Below, piece by piece: positions 48,038-48,428 of a DNA stretch of 48,428 bases; position 1 is the first letter of the stretch; each line of letters starts with the position of its first letter. Under the pieces are notes generated by a model. The model was not told where the DNA came from. It was given only the letters and a program-made list of their open reading frames with translations, and searched no databases. The DNA comes from Choristocarpus tenellus KU-1152 (Eukaryota > Protista > Phaeophyceae). A program made the position numbers and the translations under genes. The DNA is taken from NCBI GenBank assembly GCA_964200185.2, contig CAXNAD020000013.1, positions 1 through 48,428 of the forward strand, given 5' to 3'.

Positions 48038-48428
48038 CAAGTATCAAAAAGAAGGTATGCAAGTATCAAAAAGAAGGTATACAAGTATCAAAAAGAAGGT
48101 ATACAAGTATCAAAAAGAAGGTATGCAAGTATCAAAAAGAAGGTATACAAGTATCAAAAAGAAGGTATGCAAGTATCAAAAAGAAGGTATGCAAGTATCA
48201 AAAAGAAGGTATGCAAGTATCAAAAAGAAGGTATGCAAGTATCAAAAAGAAGGTATGCAAGTATCAAAAAGAAGGTATGCAAGTATCAAAAAGAAGGTAT
48301 GCAAGTATCAAAAAGAAGGTATGCAAGTATCAAAAAGAAGGTATGCAAGTATCAAAAAGAAGGTATGCAAGTATCAAAAAGAAGGTATGCAAGTATCAAA
48401 AAGAAGGTATGCAAGTATCAAAAAGAAG
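48038..48428. repeat. 22-bp near-perfect minisatellite (RCAAGTATCAAAAAGAAGGTAT)n, at least 17 copies, runs off the window
   Basis: Exact 22-bp period with only a G/A polymorphism at one position. No spacers. Confidence 0.97.

Noticed and set aside
48038-48428. 22-bp repeat array as a CRISPR
   Set aside because: The units are head-to-tail with no unique spacers, there are no cas genes, and the context is a eukaryotic intron.

Overview
Eukaryotic nuclear DNA, roughly 40% GC by eye, intron-rich and strongly CpG-depleted except around two promoter zones. The gene architecture fits a photosynthetic stramenopile such as a brown alga or a relative, but that is inference only. Reading splice sites and phases by hand gives four multi-exon genes: (1) an about 18-exon AMP deaminase (minus, 20473 to about 1472) with two GC-AG introns; (2) a 3-exon sigma-adaptin-like protein that best matches TSPOON/LOLITA of the TSET/TPLATE coat (minus, 31119-27700); (3) a 5-exon LETM1-domain mitochondrial protein head-to-head with it (plus, 31344-34982); (4) the 3' part of an AIF/AIFM1-like flavoprotein (minus, from beyond 47927 to about 39318) with several substituted FAD/NADH-site residues. 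Introns and intergenic DNA hold a complete but dead plant/oomycete-type (DD39D-like) mariner with Stowaway-type TIRs (4031-5733), decayed non-LTR retrotransposon pieces, several mini/microsatellites and inverted repeats. There is also a candidate spliced lncRNA or micro-protein transcript divergent from AMPD. I found no clear novel multi-gene system. The best leads are the divergent AIF active site, the TSET subunit and its shared promoter, the divergent spliced transcript with its intronic hairpin, and the non-canonical splicing. All homology calls come from remembered motifs, not database searches.
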